From Moniliella sp. 'wahieum' (lineage: Eukaryota), in the NCBI GenBank assembly GCA_003971905.1, contig RSEE01000119.1, positions 1 to 64,000 of the forward strand: a DNA stretch of 64,000 bases. The letters run 5' to 3'. Shown in pieces: positions 49,801-60,401 of the stretch (the first letter of the stretch is position 1; every line of letters starts with the position of its first letter). The notes under the pieces were generated by a model. The model made no database searches and was not told the DNA's origin. It saw nothing but the letters and a program-made list of their open reading frames with translations. Both the position numbers and the translations under genes were made by a program.

Positions 49801-52800
49801 GAAGAGAGATGCAAGAGAAAATGTGTATCAAACCACTGATATATTAGCGGAAAAAAGTAGCAATGAGGAGAGGTTGAAGGCCGGGAGAAGAATTGCAAGA
49901 GTATGAAAGGAAATCGGATCGGTAGCTCGGAAAAACCCCAGCAGAGGAGCGAGTGCCCGGAATGTTATAAGCAATTTCCTCGGGGGGGGGGAGGTCGACT
50001 AGGCTTTCGTGCTACTGCCTGGGAGTGGTTCTCCCGCTCGACAGGGGGTGGCCTTGTACTCTGCCACACTGCAAACTAACTGGAGAGGCACTGTGGCTTG
50101 TCTAGCAAGGTGCAAGCAAAACTGACTTTGGAAGTGGGAACTTGACTGTCCATTTCGTACTGTGTGGGGAACGGAAGGAGATAGGCAGGGGAGAACCCAG
50201 ATAGATGTACAATGACTACAACGGAAAATATAGGCACGACCATCGTCATTCCCTTGCGACGTCTTATGAGTCTAGGCTCATAGGCATGCCTGACGGCATG
50301 ACGGCAAATGAGATGACGTAATGCCTACCAGGACAGGGGTAGCCGTATCCGTGATCAACAGAAGAAGGGTGCAGATGCAAGCATGCCTCAGGTACGTCCA
50401 CATCAATGTGTTCTCTAAACTATAAAAAGGGATATTATTATACCCGGAGCTTGCGTATAAGGAGCCAACATATCTAAGTGTACATCTTATTCCGTATCTC
50501 CTTCGCTCGTCTTCTTGGTCATTTGCCAGCAAGTACTCATCATTTCCGTCCCTATCTCGGTATGTCGTTAATATTCATAGAAAACGTGTAACCGTCATCG
50601 TCACACTTTCGTTATCTTCCCGGATGGCTCTGCTATATATGTTCTGCTCTCTGAGTTCCTGTGTCTCATTTCTATCAAACGATGCTCCAATTGATTGCTA
50701 CCTTTCCGTATTCCGTCTTTCTTCTGGCTTTCTGTCTCGTTGTTGAGCTTAGCGTTCGCCTCCTGGCGCGCTTTTGCCTCTTTGATCCTTCGGTGCCGAT
50801 TATGCGTTTCTCTTTGTCTCATTCCCCGTGTGTTGCATATAGTAGCCTCTTCCCTCTACCATATCCCTTCTTTGTATGGAGTTGTTTTGCCTGGCACAAT
50901 ACCGGACTTTCTATACTCATCGGCGTCGTCTTACCTGGACCTTACCCTCGCGCGTGAAGAGAAGACCAGATGCCTTAGGGATGGGGAGGATGAGAATGCG
51001 ATCAGTTGAATCGCTGTAGTACAGACAGAGAAGAACCATAAACCAAGGGGAACAGGGCCTATCCCAAACTTGGGTTCACACCACCTGCATGTGGCGACTA
51101 TATATAACCTCGCGCTACCTAGGGTACGGGACCGGATGGCGAGAGCCGGAGGGTCCTGATATCCTGGCGATCCCCCTGGTTCCTTGACCCTGGTGGCGCC
51201 CCCAAGTAACCCCCGCAAGATGAACGGTTAGGTTTAGACGTAGCGTTCCCCCTGTCCCAGCCTTAAGCTCTGCCAATGAAGTGGAACCAGGGGGGTGTAC
51301 GCTCGACAAGCATCAACATTTTTCGTTTACCGCCCTCTCCTCCTGTGTTTTTTTCTCTGCGACCAACACCGCGTCTCCATATTCAATTGTTTGTACATAT
51401 CTTCTTGCTCGGGATCCACAACAGAACCAACATCTGATTTCGCGTCCAGTTGATTACAGGGTAACACTACTATAGAAACAGAGAAAACAGCAACCAATCA
51501 GATGAGCAAAAAAATCAAAAGCTCCTTAGATGTGTCTTCTGACCTGTGCGCGCATTTGCCCTTCCCCCCGCTCTTACTCCCCCTCCTACATTTTATTCAG
51601 GCGACGGAAGGGAGATCTGACCACTCTCTCACACTTTCAAACGGTAAGATTGCTTCACCTGGTATATGTAGTACGAAAGGCCATACAACTACCCTTTGGA
51701 TGTTAAACGTTAACAGCAAATTCCTTTTTTTCTGCTGTTGTAGTTGAACGCTCATGAACTCGATGTGGACATATGAAATTGCATGGAAGACGTAAGTCTG
51801 GCTTTGAGACACATCACGATCTCTGTTGGAGTTCGTTCGCTCTTCGACCCACAGGAGAGGCGGAAGATCCACATCCACCAGCGTTCTCGGTGAGTACTCA
51901 GATCGATCAGACTGAGTACTGAGTACGCGTGAAGAGTACCCCCCGGGCCCTTGCATTGAAGGCTGGTGGGCAGATCATTAATCAGTCCTCAAGTATACTC
52001 AGTACTGAGACTCAACACTCTCAGCGCCTCAGCTAGTAGTAAGCAGAGCAGCTATCTTGATCAACCGTAATCACTTCGGATCACTCACTAGCGTGGCGAG
52101 TCACTTTGCTGGCTACTAGCAGTCACTAGTCAGAGCTATATTTGTAGCCACTGTGAGATGTGAGTTTGGCAGTTGGCTAGGCGTGCGCGTTTGTGGAGAA
52201 ACGCGCGGCGGAGACAGGCTGGGCAGATCTATGGGGGGGGCTTGTCAAAGAGGAGACGGCAGGGGCCGACGGATGCAGGATGCATGGAGGGAGCGTGTGT
52301 GGTCGATGGGTATTTTGCACAGACGAGGGGGTTCCGGCAGGCGGTGGTGTGGCATGAATGCGATGCGTGATGGTTCTACGCAGGATGCTTTTTCCGATGC
52401 CTCCCGAATGAAAGCGGAGTGGGCACATCTGGATTTCCGATCTAAGACCTACTGGAGTATCGAGATTATCCGGGAACTGCAACACATCACGCACCACACA
52501 TCATGCATGCATCATGGAGTGTGCCTCTGTGCGCAGGCCAAGCGCCGGGGATTTTTTTTTTTTTTTCAACACGAGCGCACGCTTGGCGCACAGGCCGCGC
52601 ATGCGCTTTCCCAAAGAGTGTGGGGTGTATTCCGTGTGTGGCGCACGTGTGGTGCGCTTGGCTGCTTATTGGAATATGCGCCGCTTCCGCCTCTTCTGCC
52701 TGCTTCCGCTCTCTGCGATGGAGAGCTGGCGTCGCTGAGCCTGCTGAGCCTCAGCGTAGCCAACATATGGTCTTGGGGGCATACGTGGTACGCGTTACGC

Positions 52801-53917
52801 GCGTTACGCAAAACATAATATGCGTTCCGCCGGTCGTACCAGGAATCCACCAGCAGGCAGGGTGCGGTGGTACCTGAGCTGACATTTGGTGGGGGCCGGA
52901 GGGGGCCTGCTGGGTCTGGCCTGGTGTGGCCTGGCCTGGCCTTGGCCCAGCTGGTGTTGGGTTCGCTCTAGCCGGCGCTGGTCCGCAGCAGGCAGACGCA
53001 CTGGCGCCATGCGCAGGGGAGACGCGGAGGACCCTGGTGTGCCCGAGCAGGTTGCCCCGAAGCGACATCGGAAAATGGCACAAGTGGCAGACCTGCCTGG
53101 AAGGTACGTAAGCGTACCCCGTACCTCCTAGTCCCTCCGGCTCAACCCAAGTGCCCAGAGCTGCTGTGTGTGGCTGCGCCCCCCGGCTGCGATCGGGCGG
53201 CACCAACACGGGGGCACGGGGCCTGTGCTGTGCGGTGCTGTGCTGGGCCTGCGGTGCTGTCCCGCTGTCCAGCCTTGTTCAGCCCGGCCCGGCCCGGGGC
53301 TCAGCAGGGTGCACCAGCAGGGCGCCTGTATGGGTGGATACGCCGGAAAGAGAGACGATCGGTGATCTGGCGTGGCAACCAGTGACCTGCACCTGCCCCA
53401 CCCTCCCTTGCAGGCAGGACGAGTTTTACTAGCTACTGCCCTGTCTCGCTCAGTCCGCACAGGGTGCACCAAAAACTTTTTTTTCTTTGCGTTGCCCCCC
53501 CTCGTGCTCGCAGATCAGATGCGCCGCAACAGGTGTCCCCAATATATACCACCGCCACCCATCCACCCGCATCTATCTCCTCTTTGCTCTTGCCGCCACC
53601 GCCACCGCCACCACCACCACCGTATCCCCCCACCCTCCAAGACGAGCTTCCCGTCATTAACGTCATCGTACTGCGTGCCACATTTCAGACCCGTGCTGAC
53701 GCGCTGAGCGCTACCGCCGAGTGACCCGAACAAGTCACCTGCAGGATTCAGTCGTTCTATCACCTATCACCTCCTTCTTCCCCCCACCTGCTGTGCTTGA
53801 AGTTGGATCGCCTGTGGCTGCGCTGGTGGGTGCCACGTTCCTAACCCATCTTCGCCCCGTCGAGCCAATCACCCACAAGCGCCCCTTCCTTCTTCTCTAC
53901 CACGCTTCCTCCTTGCC

Positions 53918-55120
53918 ATGGTCCGAGTGGCCACTCGGCCATTCGCCTCGCCCACCTCGGACGACAAGGCCACTCCAGTGCCTTCGCATGACGTTACTCC
54001 CAGCCAGCCTCAGCTGCCGCGACCGCCGCCGGGGTCAAAGGTGCCCCCGGCCGGAGCCGATGCTACGGACGCCAGCGCAGCTTCTGCCGCGCCCAAGAAG
54101 ACCAAGAAGCGGCCGCCTGGATCGGGCCGGCCGGTGCGCAAGCCGCGTCGCTCCAGTGCAGAGGTTCATGAGGAGTTGATGAAGGCGCAGGCGGACCTGG
54201 ACTGGCTCGAGGATAATCTGTGTACCGTCTGTTCTCAGCTAGTGCCAGGCCGGGAGCTGTACTGCTCCGCTTCGTGTCGCATGGCCGATGGCGGCACGCT
54301 GCCCACGTCCCCGACTAGCTTGGCGCCTTGCTCGGGGCTGGGCCGACTTTCGCTTTCTCATTCCCATTCTCATTCCAATTCTCATTCCTTCTCATTCTCA
54401 TTTGCGGCGTGCGTCGGTATCGCCTTGCTCGGCGCACAGCTGGGCGTCGGAAGAGCGGCGCGACTCGCCCTCGACCCTGACCGAGTCGGAATCGGAGCCT
54501 ACGCCAGACACGCCTTCGCCCTTTGCTGGGGCGAGGCGGACGGTGGTGCCGGAGCCACCGCCGCTGGGCCTACCTGCCTCGCTCGTCGACCTCGCCACCC
54601 CACGGCCACCATTGATGGGAACAACCAAGATGCGCTACAACCGTCGTCCTTCCAAGGCGCCCTTACCGCCGCCTGTGCTCTTGGACAGCCCTGCCTCGCC
54701 TACTTTGTGCCGCCGCGCCACCGCCACTCGTACGCCATGGGCATGTACGCCACCACCCCGCGCGCCGAGCCGTCCGAGCCGGCGACAGAGACCGACGCTC
54801 GCCTGTCCACCACGCCCCAGGCCGGTCGCTATACTGCCTTCCCCGCCGCCGTGCCGGCGGGAGGGCGGGCGTTGCGTCGGACGTCCTTGGTGGGGCCCCA
54901 GGCCTGCGCGGCGTCCGGCACCTCCTCTACCCCCTTTGGCGAGTGGAGGGTACCGTTTGGCACGCCGGCTTCGCCCCACCGCGTCATCTGGCACAGCGGT
55001 CCGCAAGCACCGGAAGCGTACCCCCACTGTAATCGTCGTGCCACGTCGCGGCCTCCGGCCCAGTTGGCCCTGCCTTTGCTCTCGCCCCTTCCGTCACCGA
55101 CGAACCGGAGCGGATTCTGA
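53918..55120 (+). CDS. Ecl1-like zinc-binding protein (extender of chronological lifespan family)
   Basis: NLCTVCSQLVPGRELYCSASCRMAD matches the CxxC..LYCSxxCRxxD pattern; remainder Ser/Pro-rich. Confidence 0.65.
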   Translation: MVRVATRPFASPTSDDKATPVPSHDVTPSQPQLPRPPPGSKVPPAGADATDASAASAAPKKTKKRPPGSGRPVRKPRRSSAEVHEELMKAQADLDWLEDNLCTVCSQLVPGRELYCSASCRMADGGTLPTSPTSLAPCSGLGRLSLSHSHSHSNSHSFSFSFAACVGIALLGAQLGVGRAARLALDPDRVGIGAYARHAFALCWGEADGGAGATAAGPTCLARRPRHPTATIDGNNQDALQPSSFQGALTAACALGQPCLAYFVPPRHRHSYAMGMYATTPRAEPSEPATETDARLSTTPQAGRYTAFPAAVPAGGRALRRTSLVGPQACAASGTSSTPFGEWRVPFGTPASPHRVIWHSGPQAPEAYPHCNRRATSRPPAQLALPLLSPLPSPTNRSGF

Positions 55121-55952
55121 GACGAAAGAGGTGCCGTGCTGCGCGGGATACGGGCGACTGACACCTTCACACCAGTCCTTGGATTCTACGCTTGGTTTGG
55201 CACCCTTGTCGATTGGGCCGGCGTACGGTGGCTTGTCACACCTTTTCTTTTGTACTTGCCTTTTCTCCTCCCCCCCCCCCCCAAAAAAAAGCCCTTCCAA
55301 ACCTAGGGCACACCCCGATCTGGGGACATACTCATCATCTCATCTGATCTTGCGATCAAGCATATCCACCCCGCACAGCCCATTTTTCAAAGGGCAAAGT
55401 AGTAGTAGTACCACACGCCAATTTATGGGTCCTACCTCCGCTCGTCCTCATCGACCATCGAATCATCGTCGATCCATAGAGCCTGGACAGCTACCCAGCG
55501 CCCTCCACAGGGCGGAACAAGTATAACCATACACATGCCGGAGAGCACTGCACGCGCGCAGAATGTCCATTGGCCTATTTACATTCTCCTGCCGCAGTGG
55601 CGGAGCCCTCAATCGGTGCATGTGCCGACGACCCTGTGTTCTTCGAGCTGCATGGGAGGAAGGGGACTCATAACCGTTCTGCACCACGTGTGCCGGCACA
55701 GCACTGTACGTCGACGACGAATTAGCCTGACAAAGTCAAAGTGCCTCGCTACAGAGGCAAATTGTGAGCACCAACACTATGATTACTCAGCCCCGCTCGG
55801 TCCAACCGGCATTCTGCCTGCATACGGGATACAACTGTCGGAACGACCGATATAAATTCAATCGATTACGAGGATCCAACGAGAGGAGAGGCAGTGCCTC
55901 CAGCGCTCACCCTGACCGGCCTTAGCCTTGGGCTCGGGGTTCGGTAGGGCGA

Positions 55953-58900
55953 CTAGCGGGGCTCTGGTTCGGGGTGCAGATAATAAAACGGCACGGCTTT
56001 GCGCATGGCCGAGCGAAAGGCCGGCAAGAGACGGCGGAGATGGAGCATGTGCGGCGGTGGAGCAGTGACCTTGTTGGGCGTGTAGTGCAAATCGCTCACC
56101 TCGGGTTCTGCGAGCAAATGTTGGCCACAGGGATCGAGCATCGTGAACCATAAGCCGGGTCGGCCTTGGCTTCGGTTCCGCGCGCCTCGTTGAGCAGCGG
56201 CCGGTATCCATGCGCGTGGTGGCGGGGCAATGCCCGCGTGCGCTGCTGCCAATGCGCCCGACCCAGCGGGCCGACGTTGCTTGGCATACTGAACCAGCAA
56301 ACGCTCCATGAGCAAATCTGTGTCCGCTGCGTCTTGGCCAAACTCCCGAGACGGTAGACAGGACCGACCTAGCCCCGCAGGAGGGTTGGCATCGTCATGC
56401 GCCAGCAGCACGTTCTTCCTTCCCACCAGCTGCGCGCGCACTTTTTCCCATAACGCCCAGCTTTGTAGCTCGTCCAGCTCCTCCACAATTTCCGCCACTC
56501 GGGCGTCTTGGCCGACTGGGCAATGAGGCGCTCGCAGTTCACCTCGAACCGACGCGCATCTTTGTGGTTCGGGCGCAGTGGGTCCGACGTAGAGGTGGCC
56601 ATAAAGTTGCACTGCAGTTGGCACCAGGTCAATAGGGGATATGAGATGCCTTCGACCATGACCATCTTGTGGGCAAAGTACCAGATCTTGTCGTAGTGCC
56701 GCGTCGCCAGGGCGATCCACGCATGGATGGCTATATAGAGAGGAAGAGGGATGTCAGCTTTTCTTCCTACACAAAGAGTGTTCCATCTAAAGGAGGGGGG
56801 AGCAACGCACAGTTATCTTTGCCTTGACGGACCTTGATGAGATCGTCCACACCTTTCTGCAAGTCGCCCAAATGAGCGGATAAGTCGGTGTGCTTGGCAG
56901 CGAGATCGACAATGGGGTAGAGCACGCCTTCAAGGAATTCTTTGATCAACGTTGGCACCAACGCGCCATCGACCGTGTCGATAATCATTTGAGCGTCCCG
57001 TTTGAGAAACGCTTCGCGGAGAAGAAGTTTGAGCAAGGCAAAGTGATACGCATCTTGGGCCTCCATCGCGCTGAGGCTGGGAATCTTTCCATCCCGTTGG
57101 GCCCGATGCGTGGAAAGGAAGGCCTGGTTGGCATCCTGGCGCGCTTGCTCACTGTACCGGGTCGAGGTGGGGGGGTAGGCGGCTTCCAGATGGCCACGGT
57201 ACTTGGACAACGCAAAGGCCCGCTGCATTTGCAGCACATGATCCGCTTCCTGCTCGCTGAGTTGGGGCCCGTGGTTGGAGGTGAGAAGGATGGTGGTCAG
57301 AATGTCGTCGCCCTGGTCGCGCGTGTTGTCCGTCATGTTCACTCGCTCCATACGTCCTGCGTGCTTGACAAACGACAAGACCTTTTGCACCAACGTTTCT
57401 TCTTGGATCGCCTCTCTCAAAGGCTTGATTCCCTCCTTATCGATAATTTTCATCTCGCGATGAAAGACGTACCCAACGATGCGCTGAATCAGACTTTTGG
57501 CTCCCCCCGGTCGGGCGAGAAGGATGGTGAGAAAGCCTTGGATAATCACGCGCGCATTCGCTACCTTGAGCGTTTGTTTGGCTGCCCACCAAGGGAAGAG
57601 CGTATTGACGCCTTTGATCAAGCGGAAGATGGTATCAGCATGAGGACCCTGGGTCAGCAGCTTGCGCAACCATCCAGCCGTTGTATCCCGGAGAAACTCG
57701 GCCACGCTCTGAAACGGGCGGGAAGCTCAAAGATGGTAGGAATGCTGTGTAGCGCCACGTATCCCTCAACCCGGCTGGCTGTTCAATGATGCGCTCCCAA
57801 AACGCATGAAAGTCCGCGTTGATTTGACGAACGTGCTGCCGGCCCGCTTCCACTGGTGGTAAATCCGTTCTTGCCTCTCCCGGCTGCCTTCACTGTTGAG
57901 GTCCGAACCAGGGAGGAACAAGTTGTTGATTGTTTCTTGCATCTTGGCGTCGATCCGAGCCGGTCGGTCCAAGCCACGCTTGACCGTTCCGCCCCCCACG
58001 CTTTTCCCATCCCCCATGCTTCAGATGCAGGAGGTCCTCGGCCGGGGCCTGCCAGCTCCCCCTTCCCGCGTACTCCCACACCACGTGCAAAGTAGTGCCC
58101 GACAAGGCCAACAAGAAGAAGGAGAATGTACCGAATGGGGGGCATCTGGGCTCCCTCGAGGGAGGAAGACAAGCTGCGAACCGCGACCTCGTCCAGAAAC
58201 GGTTGCACCCGCGAGTGCCAGAAATGGTCGGGCAGGTCGCACAGAAAGGGAATGGTGAGCAGACTGGTGTGCATCATCTGTTCAAACAGGATGGGATCTT
58301 GAATGCGCTCCGTGTGCTCCACCAAGTCACTTTTGGCTCGGGAAAAAGGGTCTTGGCTGAATCCCTGGTTGGCCGGGCCAGCACGGGTATACTCATTGTC
58401 GAGTTCGTTGCGCAGGGTGCGCATCTCAGGGCGGCGGGAACTGAAGGGAGGCCCGTACCGTGTCAAGGCACCCACCTTGAACATCTGCTCACTTTCGTCG
58501 GCCATCTGAATGTTGACCAGGGCACGAACGAGGTAATGCCGTTGCTCGGGAGTCAAAATGATCTCGCTTTCCGTCACACCTTGTTTGCGTGCCTCAATGT
58601 CCAGTGCCATGTAGCGCGGCGTGTCAATCTTGCGCGGTGTGGCAGACACGGATCCGCGCTCGAGCTGTGCGTGCGCCAAGCGCGTCTGCAGCAGACGCAG
58701 TTGCGCGTCTGGGTCGGCAGCCACGATGGACTCATAGTCGCTCTCGCTGCTCGAGTCACTGGCAGAGTAGCTGGTGGGGCCGGATCGGGGGGAGGAGGAA
58801 CGGGCAGAGCGGTGGGTGCTTGTTGACTGGGAGCGACCGCGATCCGGCTGGGCGACATGCTGCTCCAAGTCGGTTTGGAGCGCATCAATGCGGCGGCGTT

Positions 58901-59007
58901 CGGCGGCAATGATGTCGGACAGCTCGGGGGGCAGAGCAGCAGCCCAGGGGTCCTGGGCGCGGAGAGGAAGGGGCTGCTTGGGGCGGGTGCGTCGAGGGGG
59001 GTGGCAT
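55953..59007 (-). CDS. PXB (PX-associated) + DUF3818 protein, YPR097W/Lec1-related
   Basis: LTPEQRHYLVRAL..GALTRYGPPF..FWHSRVQPFLDE (PXB-like); FPWWAAKQTLKVANA..LLARPGGAKSLIQRI..DLSAHLGDLQK (DUF3818-like). Intron ~56810-56733. Start inferred. Confidence 0.8.
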
Positions 59008-59326
59008 GGGCGCGGTGGGGGTGGGGGTGGTGGGCGCGGGGGGGGGTGGAGAGCGGTATAAGGGCGATGCGTGGGCGGCGTGCGGTGCGGCTGGCGCGGG
59101 CTGGCTGGGAGAGGCCTGGCCGGGACGTGTGGGGAGGCGGCGCAGGCGGCGCTTTGCGCGCACTGTGCCTTGTCTTCCCCTCCCCGCCGCCCCGCCCAAA
59201 ATACCCCGCCTTGTGCCTGCGCCTTGGGTGTGCCTTGCGCCTTGGGCCCTGCGTCGTACCGTAAGCGCCTCAGCCTTCCCGCTGCAAGCGCCAGCGCGGC
59301 ACCGCAGCCGCCGCGTCTGGGATGCG

Positions 59327-59466
59327 ATCGATGAGTGGTGACGTCGATCGATGACAGGTGACTGTCACGTGTCACGTGCCCCATATGATCGTCATCGTCA
59401 TCCGTCATCCATCATCCATCTGCTTCACCCATCATGCATCAACGTTCAACGTTCAACGTACGTTCA
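59327..59466. repeat. TNA-palindrome arrays upstream of the PXB gene
   Basis: CA TCA TGCA TCA ACGT TCA ACGT TCA ACGTACGT TCA AC at 59430-59468, plus TCGA-TGA motifs. Confidence 0.85.
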
Positions 59467-59774
59467 ACCCCGCCGCTGCCCCGCATTTCGTCTTTCTCCG
59501 GCGCACTTCGTCTCGCGCGCACCCCCACCTCAGCGGGGCGCATTCAATTGCACGAGCAGCCTCACGAGGATAGAACTATGGACACACACGCTCTCTCCCC
59601 TGTCCCAGCTGATCCATCCAGGCAAACCTCCGTGCCCACGCCACACGCCACGAACGAGATGGAATCACCAGGACAAAGACGAAGACGAAAACGAAGACAA
59701 CGCCGCACAAGAAGCGAGAATAAAAAAGGGACCAGCCACTAGGGTGAGGACAAGGCGGAAGGAAGGAAGGGCAG

Positions 59775-60222
59775 ACAGCCAACAGCCAACAGCCAACAGC
59801 CGGCAGCCAACAGCAAGAGCAGTGGGTCGGGGCGCAGGTTCACGCTTCCCAGCCAGCCTCCCAGGCAACGAAGGGGTGCGGTCAAAAACGAGTGGGGTGC
59901 CAGACTTGGCAGGCGCAGGCCGCGGCGCGGAGCGGGGCGCGACTGCACCCGCACAAGGCGTGGGGTCGGGAGAGTCCAAGATGGGAAAAAGCGGGTATAC
60001 GGAAAACGAAGGTGGGGTCTGGACGAGGCAGGGCCCGAGACAGTGGGGAAGCACAAGCCAAAGAAGAAGAGCGGAAAGAAGAAGAAGAAGAAGAAGAGAG
60101 AAGAAGAAGAAGAAGAAGAAGAAGAAGAAGAAGGAAATCAAGCGCGGGAGGCGGAAGGGTAAAGCGGAGGGTAAAGCGAAGGGTAAAGCGAAGGGTAAAG
60201 CGAAGGGTAATGTGAAGGGTAA
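59775..60222 (+). repeat. Simple-repeat cluster: (ACAGCCA)n at 59775-59814, (AAG)n at 60061-60133, (GAAGGGTAAAGC)n at 60154-60222
   Basis: Directly visible tandem units. Confidence 0.9.
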
Positions 60223-60401
60223 GGGCGCGGGAGCAAGTCAAGTTGGAACGGGTGCCAATCGGATATTGCTAGCACGTGAGGGCCAGTAGGAATCCAAGGG
60301 GGACGGATCCAAGGGGGGCGAGTCGGAGTGGAGGAGGTTAGTGGTTAAGTGGGGCACGGAACCTGGGTCGCATGTCACATGTCACAAGGCATCACGAGTC
60401 A

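Noticed and set aside
49982..49994. Polypurine tract of an LTR retrotransposon
   Set aside because: It is not followed by a TG..CA LTR, there is no second LTR copy, and no gag/pol motifs are visible.
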